From Paludibacteraceae bacterium (GTDB taxonomy: Bacteria; Bacteroidota; Bacteroidia; Bacteroidales; Paludibacteraceae), in assembly GCA_017467185.1 (NCBI GenBank), contig JAFTSS010000085.1, positions 1 through 64,000 of the forward strand: a stretch of DNA of 64,000 nt, given 5' to 3'. The notes below the pieces were generated by a model. It made no database searches. It was not told where the DNA came from and saw only the letters and a list, made by a program, of their open reading frames with translations. The translations under genes and the position numbers were made by a program. Positions 58,526 to 64,000 of this stretch are shown here, one piece after another (position 1 is the first letter of the stretch; the number at the start of each line of letters is the position of its first letter).

Positions 58526-60955
58526 ATGAAAAAAATAGTGTCATTATTGCTAATTGTATTTTTGTCTTGTAATTTGTCTTATGCAGTAAAGGCTTATCCT
58601 GGATTGATTACTCATCAACAACCAGATGGTTCTCTTATAAAGTATTATCTTAAGGGTGATGAAAATTATAGTTATATGGTTTCAGAGGATGGCTATTTAT
58701 TAACATATAATGAAGATGGTTTCTTAGTTTATGGAGAGTTGTGTATTAAAAAAGGAATCGTAAAACCAGCAAAAAAAAGGGTTAAGGCTTTATCTGTTTC
58801 TCGTCAATTAGATAGTCTATTTAATTTGAATGTAGGAAAAGTATATTCTGCACAGAAAAGGGCATTTACTAATGTTGGTTATCCTCGTACAGGTTCTCCT
58901 AAAAGTTTGGTGATTTTGGTTAATTTTTCTGATGTGAAGTTTAAATCACCTACAGCAAATCAGGATTTTGTTGATTTGTTAAATAAGTATAATTATTCTC
59001 AAAATGGGGCTACTGGCTCGGCTCGTGATTATTTTCGTAATGCTTCGAATGGAGTGTTTGAACCAGAGTTTGTAGTTGTAGGACCATACGATCTACCTAA
59101 TGAAATGAAATTTTATGGAGAAGATACGGATGATCGTCACGATAAGTATGCTGGAAATATGATTGTTGATGCTTGTAAAGCTGCTGATGTAGATATTGAC
59201 TTTAATGATTTTGATGAAAATAAAGATGGCGCTATTGATAATGTCTTTGTTTATTATGCGGGTCATAATCAAGCAGAGGGCGCAGGTGTTAATACCGTTT
59301 GGCCACATCGTTCGTATATTTTGCCTAAAAATGATATTCGCTTTGATGGTGTATTGTTAGGTGATTATGCGTGTACTTCTGAACTTAAAGGTTCAAGTGG
59401 TAATTATATGTGTGGTATTGGTACTTTTGTGCATGAATTTGGTCATGTGTTGTCTTTGCCAGATTTGTATGATACTCAATATTCAGGGCATAAAACATTA
59501 GGCTCTTGGGATGTTATGGATAATGGTTCATATAATAATGGCGGTCGAACTCCGCCAACATATTCAGCATACGAACGATTTTATCTTGATTGGATGACTC
59601 CAAAGCAATTAACGAATGATATGAAAATTGAATTACAACCTATTTCAATAAGTAATACAGCTTATTTGGTTGCAGAATCAGAACATAACTTGGACGGAGC
59701 AAATCCTAATCCAACAGAATTTTTTATGTTGGAAAATCGTTGTCAAGTTAATAATGATGGAGTTTTGGCTAATGGCCTTTTGATAACACGAATTAGGTAT
59801 GGTAATGGAAAGAAATGGAGTAATAATGTTGTTAATAATAATCCTAATGATATGGGTGTTGTGATTTGTTGTGCTGCTGGAGATACAGATGAACCGCCAT
59901 TAAATATTTTCCCTGGGGGAAGACGTGTTACTGATTTTACTTTTAAAATGTGGGATGGTACTATTTTAGATAAAAAGTTATCGCAGATTTCGAAGGAAAG
60001 AGATAATTCTGTTTCTTTTGTTTATGGAGTCCCTCAAACTATACCTACAATTGAAATTCAAACAGATGGTGATTTAGATAATTTTGTCGCTATGTTGGGA
60101 GAAGAACAAATTCAGAGGGTTTCAATTTTGGGTAATGCTGTTGATGGTAATTTGGATGTAAATTTAGATGCAAATTGTTTTTCTGTGCGTTTGGCTGATA
60201 CTGATGATGATTTTGTTAAAAGTATCTCTTTAAAATCTAATGTTGATAGTATTGTTGATGCTACCATTGAGATAAAATATACACCTCAAGATTATACGTA
60301 TAGTAATTATTCTTTTGGAGTATTATCTTTAAATACCAATTGTTTTGAAAAAAATATTATTTTAAAGGCTCGTACACCTCGTCCTATTTATGTAGTACCA
60401 CCTGTGGCTTGTGATGCGGAAGAGGTTAGCCCTTATACTTTTACTGCGGTGTGGGATACTGTATTTGATGCTACGGAATATTTGTTGTCGGTTTATAATC
60501 TTGTGGGTAATGATACTTCGTTTGTTCTTAAAAATCATGTCGTGAAGGCTGATAAATTGAATAAAATGAGGTGTGAGGTTGCTAATTTGTTAGGTGGAAC
60601 GGATTATAAATATCGAGTTAAGGCTTCAGATAAAGACCCGTATGGTCGTTATGAGAATATAACTGATTATTCTAATGAGATATCGGTTACTACTTTGCCT
60701 GGTTATGGTGTTGAAAGTCGTAAATTGGATGTATTGAAAGATGGTGATAAATATATGATTTATTTGCCTGTTGTGGATGAAAATCATAGTATATTTGTTT
60801 ATTCACTTGAGGGACATTTGATTACTTCTGTGCCTGTTTTGTATAATATTGTTGAGTTGCCTGTGCTTGCATCAAATAGGGTATATATTTTGAAGTATGC
60901 ATCGAATGATGGTTTAAAACGTAAATCGAAGGTTATTAAGTTATATTACGAATAA
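58526..60955 (+). CDS. T9SS-secreted zinc metalloprotease, paralog of the preceding gene
   Basis: 809 aa. Its N-terminal region (AYPGLxTxxQPDGS) and HEFGHVLSLPDLY catalytic region match the preceding gene. It has a C-terminal sorting domain. Confidence 0.6.
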   Translation: MKKIVSLLLIVFLSCNLSYAVKAYPGLITHQQPDGSLIKYYLKGDENYSYMVSEDGYLLTYNEDGFLVYGELCIKKGIVKPAKKRVKALSVSRQLDSLFNLNVGKVYSAQKRAFTNVGYPRTGSPKSLVILVNFSDVKFKSPTANQDFVDLLNKYNYSQNGATGSARDYFRNASNGVFEPEFVVVGPYDLPNEMKFYGEDTDDRHDKYAGNMIVDACKAADVDIDFNDFDENKDGAIDNVFVYYAGHNQAEGAGVNTVWPHRSYILPKNDIRFDGVLLGDYACTSELKGSSGNYMCGIGTFVHEFGHVLSLPDLYDTQYSGHKTLGSWDVMDNGSYNNGGRTPPTYSAYERFYLDWMTPKQLTNDMKIELQPISISNTAYLVAESEHNLDGANPNPTEFFMLENRCQVNNDGVLANGLLITRIRYGNGKKWSNNVVNNNPNDMGVVICCAAGDTDEPPLNIFPGGRRVTDFTFKMWDGTILDKKLSQISKERDNSVSFVYGVPQTIPTIEIQTDGDLDNFVAMLGEEQIQRVSILGNAVDGNLDVNLDANCFSVRLADTDDDFVKSISLKSNVDSIVDATIEIKYTPQDYTYSNYSFGVLSLNTNCFEKNIILKARTPRPIYVVPPVACDAEEVSPYTFTAVWDTVFDATEYLLSVYNLVGNDTSFVLKNHVVKADKLNKMRCEVANLLGGTDYKYRVKASDKDPYGRYENITDYSNEISVTTLPGYGVESRKLDVLKDGDKYMIYLPVVDENHSIFVYSLEGHLITSVPVLYNIVELPVLASNRVYILKYASNDGLKRKSKVIKLYYE

Positions 60956-60988
60956 TAATAGATTTATATACTAAAAACGCTCACTTGA

Positions 60989-61594
60989 TTAAGTGAGCGT
61001 TTTTAGTATAAAGCCTTGTGCTTTTAGCCAAATTATTATGGTTTCTAATATTTGTAGGGTACGAGGAGCTGCTTTTATAGAGTCGTGCATTACTATGATT
61101 GAACCTTGGCGGGTGTAGTTTTTGACTACATCAAATACCTTGTCTGGCGAATGGTTGCTGTCCCAATCATAGGTAATTACATCCCATTGGATTATTTTGT
61201 AACCCTTATTGCGTAACATGCTGTTTTGTCGGGGTGTTATCAATCCATGTGGTGGGCGAAATAGGTTATTACCAACAAGGGCTGCACATTCGTCTATTTC
61301 GTTGATATAATCGTTTGTATTTGTGTAAAACCCTTTGGAGTGGTGCATCGTGTGGTTGCCTACTTGATGTCCTTCTGCTTTGATTTGTGCAAATAATTCG
61401 GGGTGTTTTAGTATATTGTCGCCAACGCAGAAAAATGTTGCTTTTACGTTGTGTTTGCGCAGTATATCTAAAATTATAGGTGTTGTTTCGGCACAAGGTC
61501 CATCATCAAATGTAAGATATACATTATGTCCAGCAGTAGGTATGTTATATACTGCTGGACATAATAGTTTTAATATTTTATTCGGTTGATACAA
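60989..61594 (-). CDS. polysaccharide deacetylase (NodB-homology, CE4 family)
   Basis: 201 aa with the motifs TFDDGP and HTMHH. Confidence 0.75.
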   Translation of the reverse strand: MYQPNKILKLLCPAVYNIPTAGHNVYLTFDDGPCAETTPIILDILRKHNVKATFFCVGDNILKHPELFAQIKAEGHQVGNHTMHHSKGFYTNTNDYINEIDECAALVGNNLFRPPHGLITPRQNSMLRNKGYKIIQWDVITYDWDSNHSPDKVFDVVKNYTRQGSIIVMHDSIKAAPRTLQILETIIIWLKAQGFILKTLT

Positions 61595-61605
61595 TTTTTA
61601 TTATT

Positions 61606-61842
61606 TTAAAGTTTCATGATGTCGGAAATGCTATAAAATACTTCTGGACGTTCAATAAAAGTGAAGAATTGGTCGTCTAATATGGTCCAACTATTTCGTT
61701 GTTTTGTATTTAATCGTTTAATGTCGGGGTAATTCCTTAGAGGAACAGATAAAACTCTACCATCTTCGAGGTAGAGAGTAAAGAACCCTCTACGTTCAAA
61801 GGATAGTTTTTTTATAGCTGTATTGATATTTGCTTTACACAT
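61606..61842 (-). CDS. DUF2442-family small protein
   Basis: 78 aa, paired with a DUF4160 gene at a 2-nt spacing. Confidence 0.5.
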   Translation of the reverse strand: MCKANINTAIKKLSFERRGFFTLYLEDGRVLSVPLRNYPDIKRLNTKQRNSWTILDDQFFTFIERPEVFYSISDIMKL

Positions 61843-61844
61843 AA

Positions 61845-62168
61845 TTATTTTAATTTTTTGATAATTTTGACTTTAGAACCATTGAAAACATTATCGGATT
61901 GTTTGATAATTTCAGAATAATTTTCATCTATAAATTCGCATATTTGTTTAATTTCTTTATTAGACAAACCATCATTATAGGCTATCTCAAAATTTTTATT
62001 ACCATTTTTTTCAATCCAAATTTTTGCAGAACAATTAGATTTATTTTTTGTTCGAGTTTTATACACATGTATATGTCTTCGTTCTCCTTTATCCGTAGGA
62101 ATAACTGACAAGAAAAAAGCAATTAGTTGAGCGATGATTCCAATTATTTTGTTTTTTTGTATGTGCAA
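61845..62168 (-). CDS. DUF4160-family small protein
   Basis: 107 aa. The core HIHVYK...AKIWIE resembles the DUF4160 signature. The N-terminus is possibly over-extended. Confidence 0.5.
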   Translation of the reverse strand: MHIQKNKIIGIIAQLIAFFLSVIPTDKGERRHIHVYKTRTKNKSNCSAKIWIEKNGNKNFEIAYNDGLSNKEIKQICEFIDENYSEIIKQSDNVFNGSKVKIIKKLK

Positions 62169-62226
62169 ATTGTGTGCAAAAAGGCATTAAAAGGACCTCT
62201 ATAATTTGATTTATAGGTGCTCGACT

Positions 62227-64000
62227 TTATTGATTTGCTAATGGATAATATTTTTGCAAGTTTTCTTCGAGTTCGGTTGTTAGACCAGAGTTATAGTTTC
62301 TTGCAGTCATCCAAAGATTTTGTATCAAGCCAACATTCTGACGTATTGATAATTCTTGTGATACACGTTTGCGTTTTTTTGTATCCAACGAATTTACCCA
62401 TTCTATTTTTTGAATGCAATCGTCGAGTAATGGGCGTGTTAAGTTGTCGGCTTTTTCAGTTTGACCGAGTTCGTAATAATATCCAGCCAACATAGCAGTA
62501 CTATAATCGGCAGGTACAGAGGTAGTAGGTATTACTTCCATACATTTGTCAAGTACAGCAAGAGCTTTTTCTGTTTGACCTTCATTGATTAAAGCTTCGG
62601 CTAATTGGCCAAACATCATACGCATTGTGCGTGACATACGGATATGTTGTTCGTCGAGATATACGTTAGGATCTGCGATGTTGCCCCATACGAATTTGTT
62701 CATCATATTGTCGTACATAGCTTCAGTATTTACACGTTCTGGGCGGCCTTTTACAGGTACAATACGATAGGCAAGACCTTCTAATTGCATATATTCTTGA
62801 AGAGCAGGGTAGTATTCGCTACCTACTGTTGCTGCCACATATATTGGGCGTTCCCAATTGTTAGAGTTGAGCATTTCAAGAACCATAAGTTGTGCTTTGC
62901 CTACAGAACGACCAAGTTTAATTTGCATTTGGTCAACAATGAGGTTGGTGTCTTTATCTGCAACTGCTCCAGATTTGATAACTTGTTGTTTGTCAACAGG
63001 AAGAATCATATTAGAACTAAAGAATGTACCAATACCATTATCGTCAATAGTTTTTGGATTTCGTACAAGGTCGAGGGCTTGACCGAGTTCCATACCATTT
63101 TTGAATTGTGGGTGGTCAGATACGCGACAAACATCAAGGTGTCCTGATACATAGTCTTTTTTCTCCCACGAGATTGGTAGTGGAGCAGAAGTATATGCTT
63201 CACGTTTCATTTGATCGATATACCAATCTGTGTTGAGATAAGAGAGGTTACATACGCGCATGTCGGTACGATTTTCTTCTACTTCTTGATTGTACCAAAG
63301 AGGGAATGTGTCGTTGTCTCCATTTGAGAAGATTATTGAATTAGGTGCGCAACTATTGAGGTAGTTAAGACCAAAATCGCGAGCGACACGGCGATTAGAG
63401 CGATCGTGGTCGTCCCAGTTTTGTTGAGCCATAAGGGCTGGAACACCGAGGCAGCAGATTGTTACTATAATTGCAGCCAAAGGTTTTGGCATGAATTTTT
63501 TAATGAGAGAGTAGAAGAACATCACACCAAGACCAATCCATATTGAGAATGCATAGAACGAAGCTGCGTATGCATAGTCGCGTTCGCGAGGTTGATATGG
63601 CGTTTGGTTGAGGTACATTACAATGGCAAGACCAGTCATAAAGAATAGAACAAAGACGAGCCAGAATTGCAAATTACCTTGTTTTTTGTTGCATAATTGC
63701 CATGCTATACCGAGTAAACCAAGTAACAATGGAAGCATGAAGTAACGGTTGCGACCTTTGTTGTTTTTGAGTGAATCAGGCAAAGAGTCTTGATCGCCGA
63801 GGCGTGCATTATCGAGGAATGATATACCTGAAATCCAGTTTCCTTTGTCTAATTCGCCATGACCTTGAATGTCGTTTTGGCGACCTGCAAAGTTCCACAT
63901 GAAGTAGCGCCAGTACATGAAGTTGACTTGATATGAGAAGAAGAAACGGAGGTTTTCGCCGAATGTAGGCATTACAAGAGTTTCTTGACGTCCGCAGCGG
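62227..64000 (-). CDS. DUF2723-family membrane protein (GT-C-like, putative protein O-mannosyltransferase-like); 5' end beyond the window
   Basis: The ORF stays open to the window edge. It has multiple TM helices followed by a large soluble C-terminal TPR-like region. Confidence 0.6.
   Translation of the reverse strand, partial: RCGRQETLVMPTFGENLRFFFSYQVNFMYWRYFMWNFAGRQNDIQGHGELDKGNWISGISFLDNARLGDQDSLPDSLKNNKGRNRYFMLPLLLGLLGIAWQLCNKKQGNLQFWLVFVLFFMTGLAIVMYLNQTPYQPRERDYAYAASFYAFSIWIGLGVMFFYSLIKKFMPKPLAAIIVTICCLGVPALMAQQNWDDHDRSNRRVARDFGLNYLNSCAPNSIIFSNGDNDTFPLWYNQEVEENRTDMRVCNLSYLNTDWYIDQMKREAYTSAPLPISWEKKDYVSGHLDVCRVSDHPQFKNGMELGQALDLVRNPKTIDDNGIGTFFSSNMILPVDKQQVIKSGAVADKDTNLIVDQMQIKLGRSVGKAQLMVLEMLNSNNWERPIYVAATVGSEYYPALQEYMQLEGLAYRIVPVKGRPERVNTEAMYDNMMNKFVWGNIADPNVYLDEQHIRMSRTMRMMFGQLAEALINEGQTEKALAVLDKCMEVIPTTSVPADYSTAMLAGYYYELGQTEKADNLTRPLLDDCIQKIEWVNSLDTKKRKRVSQELSIRQNVGLIQNLWMTARNYNSGLTTELEENLQKYYPLANQ

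Noticed and set aside
1-64000. Looked for rRNA, tmRNA, RNase P RNA, SRP RNA, integrase/transposase genes and CRISPR-cas
   Set aside because: No convincing signatures were seen. The only RNA gene I can support is tRNA-Thr(CGT). Both MITE families appear non-autonomous.

Overview
This is a low-GC stretch of a Bacteroidales-type chromosome (Bacteroides/Prevotella-like gene content). The signals for that call are Bacteroides TAnnTTTG -7 promoter boxes, T9SS C-terminal sorting domains, a SusC/SusD pair and no Shine-Dalgarno motifs. I call about 46 protein-coding genes and one tRNA-Thr(CGT). The housekeeping backbone is serC, ispG, a cation:proton antiporter, a ppiD-like gene, a gldE-like CorC/HlyC gene, an lptC-like gene, coaX, mscS, a yqiJ-like/flotillin pair, the rimP-nusA-infB-cvpA operon, argS, a yeiH-like gene, smpB, cstA, a Pif1/RecD-like helicase, tdk, rsmI and a YjjG-like HAD nucleotidase. 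There are three accessory patches. The first is a tripartite HipB-HipS-HipT-like toxin-antitoxin cassette (12.3-13.8 kb). It has TATACC-N6-GGTATA operator palindromes upstream and is bracketed by about 50-bp direct repeats. The second is a SusC/SusD locus followed by a Big_2 lipoprotein and two paralogous T9SS-secreted M6 (InhA-like) HEFGHxLSLPD metalloproteases (48.9-61 kb). The third is a DUF4160/DUF2442 gene pair. The window is unusually rich in repeats. There are two families of MITE-like elements with terminal inverted repeats, one of them with AT-rich target-site duplications. A 25-nt palindrome, GTAGAGACGCAATAnATTGCGTCTC, occurs in intergenic DNA and in-frame inside two genes. Heptanucleotide or nonanucleotide microsatellite arrays sit immediately 5' of many start codons. 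Two genes are frame-disrupted exactly at heptamer tracts. The essential gene ispG is split at (TGCAAAA)3. An outer-membrane-protein gene is split at (TGTCTCG)~7.5 plus T9. cstA lacks a canonical start where it overlaps a (TTCCTCA)n array. These suggest repeat-mediated phase variation or a genome-specific repeat dynamic, which I consider the most interesting signal here, together with the HipBST-like module.
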